A stretch of DNA of 64,000 bases from Crocinitomicaceae bacterium (lineage in GTDB: Bacteria > Bacteroidota > Bacteroidia > Flavobacteriales_D > Crocinitomicaceae). A model generated the notes under the pieces. It was given only the letters and a program-made list of their open reading frames with translations. It ran no database searches and was not told where the DNA came from. A program made the position numbers and the translations under genes. How positions within the stretch are numbered: the first letter of the stretch is position 1; every line of letters begins with the position of its first letter. This document shows positions 56,502 through 64,000 of this stretch, piece after piece. Location of the stretch: positions 34,279-98,278 of the forward strand of contig JALRJE010000016.1 of assembly GCA_023268965.1 (NCBI GenBank), written 5' to 3'.

Positions 56502-56870
56502 ACGGCGCACAAAATAACTGGTCTGCAGAATCAGTATACTCAATGACAGCCCCAGTACATAAAGCACCAACACAGCGTCTTGGTCGGAATAAATGAGGGC
56601 CAAACAAATCGATAAATAACCCAATAACTGCACAACACTAATGATCAGCAAGCGAAAAGTTTGGGCGGCAGCCTCACCACTATTTTTTACAAATAATATA
56701 GCCGCAGATAACAAGATCAAAAGGAGTGATGCCAACTGTACAATCCACATTTTATCAAACGAGATTTTAAAAATAGAAATCAGGTAAAAGATAAAAAATA
56801 CAAGATGTACTGCACAAAGCGTGGCCAAATAAGACCAAGGAGAAATAGATTTACTGGGAAGCGTCTTCAC
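56493..56870 (-). CDS. Small integral membrane protein (4 TM; possibly the DUF6168-type protein that accompanies AtpZ)
   Basis: Four hydrophobic segments in 125 aa. Overlaps the atpZ-like gene by 20 nt. The family name is recalled from synteny only. Confidence 0.45.
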   Translation of the reverse strand: MKTLPSKSISPWSYLATLCAVHLVFFIFYLISIFKISFDKMWIVQLASLLLILLSAAILFVKNSGEAAAQTFRLLIISVVQLLGYLSICLALIYSDQDAVLVLYVLGLSLSILILQTSYFVRRLK

Positions 56871-57075
56871 GATTGAGCTGATTGACTTCTTTGATAATCA
56901 AGTACAAACCAACACCAACGCCTACTAATGCGCCAATGATGGTAAATAAACTGTCTTTAGACCATTTGGTATCTAGGTAAGTCCCTAGCCAAGTAAAACC
57001 ACCAATTACCACTGCCATCTGAATGGCTGCAGCGCTTAACTTAAGAAATGGATTGCTGCGCTGTTGGTTAGTCAT
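56851..57075 (-). CDS. AtpZ/AtpI family protein
   Basis: FLKLSAAAIQMAVVIGGFTWLGTYLD..W......FTIIGALVGVGVGLYLII is the two-TM AtpZ pattern. I prefer the Met at 57075 (the track start is 57093). Confidence 0.72.
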   Translation of the reverse strand: MTNQQRSNPFLKLSAAAIQMAVVIGGFTWLGTYLDTKWSKDSLFTIIGALVGVGVGLYLIIKEVNQLNREDASQ

Positions 57076-57475
57076 TGAAGGCCGCCTCGGCATCTAGTTT
57101 TTGAGTGCTCACACTCGCACGCATGACACAAGCGCCTTCAAAAAATGCCCCTTCTTCGATATGAAGTTTCATGGTTTGAATATCGCCTTTGATGCGTGCA
57201 GTAGAACGCAGTACAAGAAGGTTTTCTACGATGAGTTGACCCTCCATGGCACCATCAATTTCTGCATTGACGCAAACTAGATTTCCATTGATTTTACCAG
57301 AGGCACCGATAATCACACGGCCTGCACAAGAAACGTTTCCGTTTACCTCGCCTTCTAGATGAATGTTGGAATCAGAAGTGAGGTCACCGTTAATTTCTGT
57401 CCCGGCAATGATGCGGTTGGTGCGGTCTGTGGTATCTGGTTGTTGAGAACCCCCGAAAATGTCTTTTCTTAGCAT
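57068..57475 (-). CDS. Bactofilin (polymer-forming cytoskeletal protein)
   Basis: Beta-helix repeats: IIAGTEINGDLTSDSNIHLEGEVNGNVSCAGRVIIGASGKINGNLVCVNAEIDGAMEGQLIV...ARIKGDIQ...L.IEEGAFFEG. Confidence 0.85.
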   Translation of the reverse strand: MLRKDIFGGSQQPDTTDRTNRIIAGTEINGDLTSDSNIHLEGEVNGNVSCAGRVIIGASGKINGNLVCVNAEIDGAMEGQLIVENLLVLRSTARIKGDIQTMKLHIEEGAFFEGACVMRASVSTQKLDAEAAFND

Positions 57476-57480
57476 GTTGC

Positions 57481-60105
57481 TTAGTAATTGTCGATAAAAA
57501 ATCCCTTATAATCGTCAAATTTCGATGTTTCTATCAACTTTTTCAAATTTTCTTGATTGATAATGTAAATTTTATTATTTTGATAGTCATCTAAATAGGC
57601 TGCTCCGGCCTTGTAGGCATTGAGGTAATCCCATGCAATTTTGGTAGTTGGGAATTCAGAGATGAGAATAAAATTCTTTTCCGAAAGAGTTGTTTTGACC
57701 GATACTTTCACTTTTGAGGTCTTGAAAGCCTTGTTAGAAAAATTAGCTATTGTTGTTCGAAGATCATCTGCGTCGTCGTCTTCATCGAGTAAAACAATGG
57801 CAAACTGCGGTACATTTGGTATATCGATAAAAATAGAACTTTGCGGAGTCGGTATTTTTGGATCAAATTTGGAATAACCTTTTTGAAGAATTTCGAGCAT
57901 GTCTTTTGCCCTAATCGCCTGATCAGATTTTGGCTTTTCGTCAATAATACGTTGTAAAAGAGGAGTTAATACTTGTTTATCAGTGACCTGCTGTCCAATT
58001 GCTAAGGCGTTGAGCAATAAATACTCGGAACGATAGGCATTGGCAAGGTCAGTATCGATAATGAGTTGGGTAGCACGCTGCACTTCTGCAAAATAACCTT
58101 GGTCATATTTCTCAACTAAAGCCAAATAAGCTTCTTGGTCTTTTTGTGCGCTGAGTTTCTGCTTGACATAAAAATCGGGGTCTTTGAAATATTTTGCAGC
58201 ATCTGAGGACGGATATTTCTTTAGTATATATTGGCGATATTCATCGGAGCCCGCACCATTTTCATAAATTTTATAAAGCTGAAATGCGGCTGATAGGTCA
58301 GTTGGGTGCTCCAAGTTTTTGTCTAATATGGCCAAGAATTGAGCGGCGGCAAGTTCGTTTTCATTGAGAATTTCTTTGTACAAGACCCCTGAAGTGTATA
58401 GTGCATCGAGTAAGCGCTCCTGCGATGCCTTAAATGCTTCAGGCGTGAGCGGGATATCTTTAAGTAACGCCTCTACAGAAAGTGAATCTTTGTTGTCTGT
58501 ACGCGCTTGCACTTGAGTGCTATCTTGATCTTGGAGGTCGATATTCGCATTTAGGATTACGCGCTCGCTTCTGCGCCAATCGTCGGTGTTCTCTCTAACA
58601 CCCCAGTTTTTACGAAATTCATTGAAGCCCTCTTCGCGCAGCTTCGGATTGTTAAAAATAAATTTGTTGGCATTGCCGCTGGTGTTGGTCGGTTGGCTCT
58701 GCTGAAGTGCAAGTAATTTAGCGGCTTCTAGCTCTTTACGGCGTTGTTCATCTCGCTTCATTTGTATGATCGTTTCTTCGAGAAATGCCGTTCTGTCCTT
58801 TTCTGAAAGGCCTGCAATTCTTTGTACGGAATCCTCAAATTGCGCAATTTCTATGGCTTTAACTAGGTCTGCCAACTTAGTAGCTTTATTTTTAACTTGT
58901 TCGCCATTGGGGTAGTCATCGGTGATAAACCTAGCACTTGAATCATAGTATTTCTGGGCATAGACAAAATTCTTTTCTTGAAAAGAAAGATCGCCTAGTT
59001 TTTCGTAGGATTGTGCATGTTGGCGTTTGTTGGTGGTAGAATAAAATGCGGAGGAAGTCAGGTGTGCTTTGGCTAATGGTTTGTTGCCTTTAGAAAGCTC
59101 CATAATTGCCATAGCGTAATAGATTTGATCTTTGAAAGTAGCATTTTTGGCATCGCGCAGCATTTTTTGTAGGTCTGCCATAAGGCGGTCATCTCCACTG
59201 ACCATGGCGCGGTTCAGACGCGCATTAAAGGCAATTTCCGACGCTGCTGCAGCTTTGTAAGCTTTTCCATAGTGAAAAGCAGCCTCTGGCATTTTGTTTT
59301 GCAGTTGATGGACTTGCCCCAAAATATAGTTTAATCTGGCTCTTTCTTTGGCATTTGGGCACTTTGCGATGGCAAGCGTCAGCCCATCTATTGCCAGATC
59401 GTATTCTTTTCGACGCAAGGCAAGATCTGCATACGCGCGGTGGGTCTCGAATTGTAATTTTTTTGTCAGTTGCGGCCCGGCTTCAGGATTCTTGTTTCGA
59501 AGAAAAGGAATGTAGTCCGTTAATTGCTTGTCGTTTTGTATTTCGGCCCGCTCGTTTAAGGCGTCGAGAATAAGTTTGGCATCGGCGTACTTTCGCTGCT
59601 CGATATAAATTCTGGCTATCCAGAGGCTAGCAATGTAAGCGCTAACGTCCTTTTCAAAAAACCGTTTTACAAACTGGAAATTTTCTAACGCTTTAAGGTA
59701 ATCTCTTCTGTAAAAATAGGCCTCTCCGACGGTAAGCCAGTTTTCGTCGATCCATTTGTTATATTCCACTGTTTTGTAAAACATGTTTTCTGCAGTGGGC
59801 ATACTATGGTTGAGGATCACTTTTGCACATTTTACAACAGCGGTATCGATAGCAGGAAGCATCCCTTTGACTTCTTTTTCATTGGGGAGAGGATACACAG
59901 GTAGTAGCGAATAGAAGTCTTCTTTTCGGCTATCTTGATACGTTTTTAAGGAAATACGAAGGAGTTCTTTGGCATTGAAATGACCGTTGTATTTGGCAGT
60001 AGTTTGGTGATAAAAGCGATTAAGCGGTGTGTTGTTTTCGGTAGAACAAGCCCATGACAAAAAGAGCAATAGCGATGTCAGTATGATGTTTAGGCTTGTA
60101 CGCAT
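57481..60105 (-). CDS. porW: TPR-rich lipoprotein, PorW/SprE-like T9SS component
   Basis: Lipobox LFLSWAC followed by NRFYHQTTAKYNGHFNAKE, the N-terminal signature I associate with SprE. 874 aa (F. johnsoniae SprE is about this size), with many TPR-like helices. The call is from pattern memory, not a search. Confidence 0.6.
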   Translation of the reverse strand: MRTSLNIILTSLLLFLSWACSTENNTPLNRFYHQTTAKYNGHFNAKELLRISLKTYQDSRKEDFYSLLPVYPLPNEKEVKGMLPAIDTAVVKCAKVILNHSMPTAENMFYKTVEYNKWIDENWLTVGEAYFYRRDYLKALENFQFVKRFFEKDVSAYIASLWIARIYIEQRKYADAKLILDALNERAEIQNDKQLTDYIPFLRNKNPEAGPQLTKKLQFETHRAYADLALRRKEYDLAIDGLTLAIAKCPNAKERARLNYILGQVHQLQNKMPEAAFHYGKAYKAAAASEIAFNARLNRAMVSGDDRLMADLQKMLRDAKNATFKDQIYYAMAIMELSKGNKPLAKAHLTSSAFYSTTNKRQHAQSYEKLGDLSFQEKNFVYAQKYYDSSARFITDDYPNGEQVKNKATKLADLVKAIEIAQFEDSVQRIAGLSEKDRTAFLEETIIQMKRDEQRRKELEAAKLLALQQSQPTNTSGNANKFIFNNPKLREEGFNEFRKNWGVRENTDDWRRSERVILNANIDLQDQDSTQVQARTDNKDSLSVEALLKDIPLTPEAFKASQERLLDALYTSGVLYKEILNENELAAAQFLAILDKNLEHPTDLSAAFQLYKIYENGAGSDEYRQYILKKYPSSDAAKYFKDPDFYVKQKLSAQKDQEAYLALVEKYDQGYFAEVQRATQLIIDTDLANAYRSEYLLLNALAIGQQVTDKQVLTPLLQRIIDEKPKSDQAIRAKDMLEILQKGYSKFDPKIPTPQSSIFIDIPNVPQFAIVLLDEDDDADDLRTTIANFSNKAFKTSKVKVSVKTTLSEKNFILISEFPTTKIAWDYLNAYKAGAAYLDDYQNNKIYIINQENLKKLIETSKFDDYKGFFIDNY

Positions 60106-60153
60106 GGAGAAAGTCAGTAGTTATAACGCAGTAAAAGCGTTTTTAGTGTACAG

Positions 60154-60864
60154 TTAGGCAATATTGGTGAAGACCTGTTGAATGTCGTCGTCGTCTTCGA
60201 TTTTATCAAGCATTTTTTCGATGTCGACGAGCTGTTCTTCGGAAAACTCCACAGGGCTTGTTGGGATGCGCTTGAGGCTAGATTTTTGGACCTCTATTTT
60301 CATGTCTTCAAGTGCCTTTGCTAACGTGCCAAAAGCGGTGTAGTCTCCGTAAACAACAATTTGTTCTTCTTCTACTTCAATTTGCTCGCAACCGGCGTCT
60401 ATAAGATCTAATTCGAGCATTTCAGGGTCGAGTTCTGGGGTTTTAGCAAATTCAAAAACACTCTTGCGCGAGAACATGAATTCCATAGAACCGTTGGGTA
60501 CAACTGCTCCGCCTGCTTTGTTGAAATAAGACTTGACATTCGCAACAGTTCTGGTAGGGTTGTCTGTGGCGCATTCTACATACACCAACACACCATGCGG
60601 ACCTTTGCCTTCATAATTAACTTCGGTAAAAGACGCAACATCTTTTTGAGCCGCGCGCTTAATAGCAGACTCAATGTTGTCTTTGGGCATGTTTTCAGAC
60701 TTTGCGTTCTGAATAGCAGTGCGCAGTTTTGCATTGGTGCCGGGGTCCATGCCACCTTCTTTAGCAGCCATTGTAATGGCCTTGCCTAGTTTAGGAAACA
60801 TTTTGGACATTTTGTCCCAACGTTTTTCTTTTGCTGCTCTGCGGTATTCGAATGCTCTTCCCAT
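60154..60864 (-). CDS. yebC: YebC/PmpR family DNA-binding transcriptional regulator
   Basis: [30 protein letters not shown]... and [19 protein letters not shown]. Start at the Met at 60864. Confidence 0.93.
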   Translation of the reverse strand: MGRAFEYRRAAKEKRWDKMSKMFPKLGKAITMAAKEGGMDPGTNAKLRTAIQNAKSENMPKDNIESAIKRAAQKDVASFTEVNYEGKGPHGVLVYVECATDNPTRTVANVKSYFNKAGGAVVPNGSMEFMFSRKSVFEFAKTPELDPEMLELDLIDAGCEQIEVEEEQIVVYGDYTAFGTLAKALEDMKIEVQKSSLKRIPTSPVEFSEEQLVDIEKMLDKIEDDDDIQQVFTNIA

Positions 60865-60927
60865 GTTGTGGATACTTTTGTGCAAAAGTAAGGAATTCGA
60901 AAGGAAAATTCAAGCGCTAGGATTGGC

Positions 60928-61518
60928 CTACGCTAAAATCTGCTCGATATAATTGAGTAGCGCTTCTTTTCCAAATCCTGACTCACTAGAGGTGGTGAAA
61001 ACAGGTGGTAACTCTGCCCAAACCTTCAACATTTCTTTTTTGTATTTGGCTAAATTCTTTTGGAGGGCCGTACTTGATAATTTGTCAATTTTGGTAAAAA
61101 CCATAGAAAATGGCAATCCTTTTTGACCGCACCAATTCATGAATTCGAGGTCAATTTTTTGGGGCTCCAGACGCGCATCGATCAAAACAAATATGTTGTA
61201 GAGCGTTTCTCTTTTGGTGAGGTAATCGGCAATAAAACGCTCAAAAGAACTGCGTTGGGTTCGGCTTACTTTGGCATAACCATAACCAGGTAAATCTACC
61301 AAATACCAAATTTCGTTGATCAGAAAGTGATTAATGAGCTGCGTTTTGCCGGGAGTACCGGATGTTTTGGCAAGTCCTTTTCTAGTAGTTAACATATTGA
61401 TTAAAGAAGACTTACCAACATTAGACCTTCCGATAAAAGCAAATTCAGGCTTGCCGTCTGTGGGGCATTTACTGACTTCTGTATTCGAGATGGTGAATTC
61501 GGCGCTTTTGATTTGCAT
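60928..61518 (-). CDS. engB: Ribosome biogenesis GTP-binding protein YsxC/EngB
   Basis: G1 [13 protein letters not shown]3 DLPGYG and G4 TKIDK. Confidence 0.93.
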   Translation of the reverse strand: MQIKSAEFTISNTEVSKCPTDGKPEFAFIGRSNVGKSSLINMLTTRKGLAKTSGTPGKTQLINHFLINEIWYLVDLPGYGYAKVSRTQRSSFERFIADYLTKRETLYNIFVLIDARLEPQKIDLEFMNWCGQKGLPFSMVFTKIDKLSSTALQKNLAKYKKEMLKVWAELPPVFTTSSESGFGKEALLNYIEQILA

Positions 61519-61541
61519 ATTGCAAAGTTACTTTAAACTTT

Positions 61542-61549
61542 TATTTTTG
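61542..61549 (+). promoter_or_regulatory. Possible -7 promoter element TATTTTTG upstream of the MerR/B12 regulator
   Basis: Fits TAnnTTTG and ends 52 nt before the ATG at 61602. The nearest upstream TTTG (61512) is 26 nt away, longer than the usual spacing. Confidence 0.3.
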
Positions 61550-61601
61550 CGGCGCCGTGAACAATCTATGTGAAAGGTTGTTACGCAATCACTACTCAGC
61601 T

Positions 61602-62471
61602 ATGGCAGAATATAAAATAAAAGATATCGAAATCCTTACAGGAATTAAAGCACACACCATCCGCATTTGGGAGAAGCGCTATGGTATGCTCATACCCGAA
61701 CGTACCGATACCAAAATTCGAACGTACACCGATGCCGACCTGTCTTTTTTACTCAACGTAAGCCTTTTAAACAAAAAGGGCCTAAAAATTTCAAAGATTG
61801 CCACCATGGGTACGACGGCCATTCATTCAATGGTTTCAGAAATTAGGCTCAATTCCTCTATAGACAATGCAGAAGAGAAGCTCATCTTAGCGCTGCTCGA
61901 ACTCGATGAAAAGCTTTTTCGCAATACACTCAATGACCTCATCAAAAACAAAGGTCTAGAGGACACCTTTACCGCACACCTCATTCCATTTTTAGACCGA
62001 ATCGGTGTCATGTGGTTGGTAAACAGTATTACAGCTGCTCAGGAGCATTTTATTTCCAATTTAATTCGTCAAAAAGTTATCACAGAAATTGATAAACTAA
62101 CCATTCCGCCTAAAAATAAAGAAAGTGTTCTGCTCTATTTACCCGAGCACGACTGGCATGAAATCGGGTTGCTTTTTTATCAGTACTTATTGAGAGTCAA
62201 AGGATATTATACTTATTATCTCGGTCAAAGTTTACCATACGACTCCTTGGTGGACTGCATTGAACGTCTCAAACCCACGGTAGTTTTAAGTAGTTGGCTT
62301 TCTGCCGTAGATCAGCATTTTATTGTCGGATATTTCCAACAGCTTAAAAACGATGCTCCTGGAGTACGCTTACTTGCTGGCGGGTCTCAAATTCACACCC
62401 ATTCTGCCGCACTCAAAGACCTCATCGTTGAGGTTAAAAATTCAGCAAGTCTGCTCTCTCATTTCGAATAA
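61602..62471 (+). CDS. MerR-family regulator with cobalamin-binding domain (CarH/LitR-like photoreceptor candidate)
   Basis: MerR HTH YKIKDIEILTGIKAHTIRIWEKRYG. The helical-bundle motif WLVNSITAAQEH equals Wx9EH. The Rossmann-domain motif DWHEIG equals DxHxxG. Start at MAEYK (61602). Confidence 0.8.
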   Translation: MAEYKIKDIEILTGIKAHTIRIWEKRYGMLIPERTDTKIRTYTDADLSFLLNVSLLNKKGLKISKIATMGTTAIHSMVSEIRLNSSIDNAEEKLILALLELDEKLFRNTLNDLIKNKGLEDTFTAHLIPFLDRIGVMWLVNSITAAQEHFISNLIRQKVITEIDKLTIPPKNKESVLLYLPEHDWHEIGLLFYQYLLRVKGYYTYYLGQSLPYDSLVDCIERLKPTVVLSSWLSAVDQHFIVGYFQQLKNDAPGVRLLAGGSQIHTHSAALKDLIVEVKNSASLLSHFE

Positions 62472-62486
62472 CCGGTAATTAAGGGT

Positions 62487-64000
62487 TTACAGTACGATAT
62501 TGACAATCTTACCGTGCACCACAATCACCTTCTTAGGTGCTTTACCTTCCAACCATTTTTGTGTTTCTGGCCTAGCTAGTACCAAATCTTTTACCTCCTC
62601 TATGGCGTGTGAAAGTTCGAGGGTAACTTTAAAGCGCATTTTCCCATTGAATGAAACCGGATAATCAAAACTAGATTCAGCAAGGTAAGCAGGGTCAAAA
62701 ACCGGATACGCTGCATTCAAAATACCCGCAGAAGCAGGATGTAACTTCGACCAAATCTCTTCACAAATATGGGGCGCATAAGGTGCCATTAAAATGGTCA
62801 GTTGTTCTAAGATATGACGGTTATTGCACTTTTGCTCAGTGAGCTCATTGACGCAAATCATGAAACTAGAAACGCCTGTATTAAAAGAAAATCGATCGAG
62901 GTCGTCGGTGAGTTTCTTGATCGTTTTGTGTAAGGTCTTGAGTGCTATATTGCTTGGTTGGCTGTCCTCTACCTCGAAATGACCATTCTGATAAAATAAA
63001 CGCCAATATTTTTTTAGGAAACTGTGTACACCTGTAATACCTTTGGTATCCCATGGCTTGCTTTGCTCGAGCGGCCCTAAAAACATTTCGTACATGCGGA
63101 GGGTATCTGCGCCATACTTCTCGCAGAGGGCGTCTGGGGTAACAACATTATACCAACGCTTAGACATTTTATCAACTTCTCGCTTCACTAAAACCTTTCC
63201 GTGGGCGTTGCAAACAAATTCTTGTGAGGCATACTGTGGTTGCCAAGCTTTGAGCGCATCTAGTTGGATGCTGTCGTCGTCGTTGAGTAAGTCAATGAGT
63301 ATGCGCACCTCTCTGAAACCGTCCAGACTTGCCGGAAGCATATCTAAGGAGTACATTTTTTGATCTGAACCAATATATGCAATGGCAGATTTACCGAGAA
63401 TCATGCCTTGATTAATCAGCTTGGCAAAAGGTTCATCGAATGTAATAAAGCCTAAATCATAAAGTACTTTGGTCCAAAAACGGGCATATAATAAATGTCC
63501 TGTGGCGTGCTCAGAACCACCGATATATAAATCTACTTGGTTCCAATAAGCCAATTTTTCAGGGTCGGCAAAAGCTTCTTGATTGTGCGGATCCATGTAG
63601 CGCAGAAAATACCAAGAGCTACCTGCCCAACCCGGCATCGTGTTGTACTCCATGCGCTCCCCTAAATGAATAGACCATGCTTCTTTTGCCGCTCTTGCCA
63701 ATGGTGGCTCGCCGTCTTCGGTTGGCAAATAGGCATCTATATCGGGCAGCGTAATCGGAAGGAGTGCGTCGTCGACTAAGTGAGGCATGCCGTCTTGATA
63801 ATAGACCGGGAAGGGCTCTCCCCAATAACGCTGACGGGAAAAAACGGCATCGCGCAGGCGGTAATTGGTTTTGCCTTGACCAATTCCCTTGAACTCAATA
63901 GCAGCAATTGCTTTTTCCATCGCGGCCTTGGTGTCTAGTCCATCTAAAAAGTCAGAATTCGCAATAATTGCATCTTTTTCGGTGTAAGCTGCCTCAGTGC
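62487..64000 (-). CDS. leuS: Leucine--tRNA ligase, C-terminal ~500 aa (5' part beyond right window edge)
   Basis: KMSKR (KMSKS motif) in VDKMSKRWYNV, plus YIGGSEHATGHLLYARFW. The reading frame stays open from 63920 to the window end, so the track Met at 63920 is internal. Confidence 0.95.
   Translation of the reverse strand, partial: TEAAYTEKDAIIANSDFLDGLDTKAAMEKAIAAIEFKGIGQGKTNYRLRDAVFSRQRYWGEPFPVYYQDGMPHLVDDALLPITLPDIDAYLPTEDGEPPLARAAKEAWSIHLGERMEYNTMPGWAGSSWYFLRYMDPHNQEAFADPEKLAYWNQVDLYIGGSEHATGHLLYARFWTKVLYDLGFITFDEPFAKLINQGMILGKSAIAYIGSDQKMYSLDMLPASLDGFREVRILIDLLNDDDSIQLDALKAWQPQYASQEFVCNAHGKVLVKREVDKMSKRWYNVVTPDALCEKYGADTLRMYEMFLGPLEQSKPWDTKGITGVHSFLKKYWRLFYQNGHFEVEDSQPSNIALKTLHKTIKKLTDDLDRFSFNTGVSSFMICVNELTEQKCNNRHILEQLTILMAPYAPHICEEIWSKLHPASAGILNAAYPVFDPAYLAESSFDYPVSFNGKMRFKVTLELSHAIEEVKDLVLARPETQKWLEGKAPKKVIVVHGKIVNIVL

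Noticed and set aside
1-64000. Search for CRISPR arrays, tRNA/rRNA genes, IS elements, integrases, prophage or conjugative modules
   Set aside because: No intergenic gap exceeds about 165 bp. None shows cloverleaf-like or repeat-spacer structure, and no ORF resembles a transposase, integrase, capsid or Cas protein. The only DNA-level repeats I found are in-gene (the TSP3 units and the 26-bp duplicate at 54797/54866). This was a by-eye scan, so short or diverged repeats may have been missed.

Overview
This is a gene-dense 64-kb window with about 60 CDS and intergenic gaps mostly under 150 bp. It looks like core chromosome of a Bacteroidota organism, most likely Flavobacteriia-like. The supporting signs are type IX secretion (T9SS) C-terminal sorting domains, a PorP/SprF gene, a PorW/SprE-like lipoprotein, a MurF-Alr fusion, TAnnTTTG promoter motifs and Gln at +1 of most signal peptides.

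I found no rRNA, tRNA, CRISPR array, transposase, integrase or obvious phage or defence island. Two genes run off the window edges and are missing or truncated in the ORF track: a large secreted protein at 1..1831 (-) and leuS at 62487..64000 (-). Several track ORFs are over-extended at the 5' end; I give corrected starts for these.

Housekeeping content:
- pheS, tatC, lptB, lpdA, hutI, rsmA, nadD, gmk and mfd
- exbB-exbD-tonB-like, fbp, murF-alr, tdk, yebC, engB and leuS

The less ordinary parts are:
1. A co-directional cluster at 45.9-51.5 kb. It holds an HTH regulator, two signal-peptide beta-barrel-like proteins, and a ferritin whose stop overlaps the start of a membrane-anchored class III adenylate cyclase fused to an HD hydrolase domain.
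2. A lamin-tail/CotH-kinase/thrombospondin-3/type-B-CTD cargo with its own PorP/SprF gene 2 bp downstream.
3. A CarH-type MerR/B12 regulator carrying both the Wx9EH and DxHxxG motifs.
4. A plant/bacterial-type glutaminyl cyclase alongside near-universal +1 Gln signal peptides.
5. A porW-bactofilin-atpZ-small membrane gene string that is not followed by ATP synthase structural genes.
6. Three tandem paralogous small lipoproteins.

I cannot verify novelty without database searches. Nothing here is a clear-cut new system, and the cyclase cluster is my best candidate.
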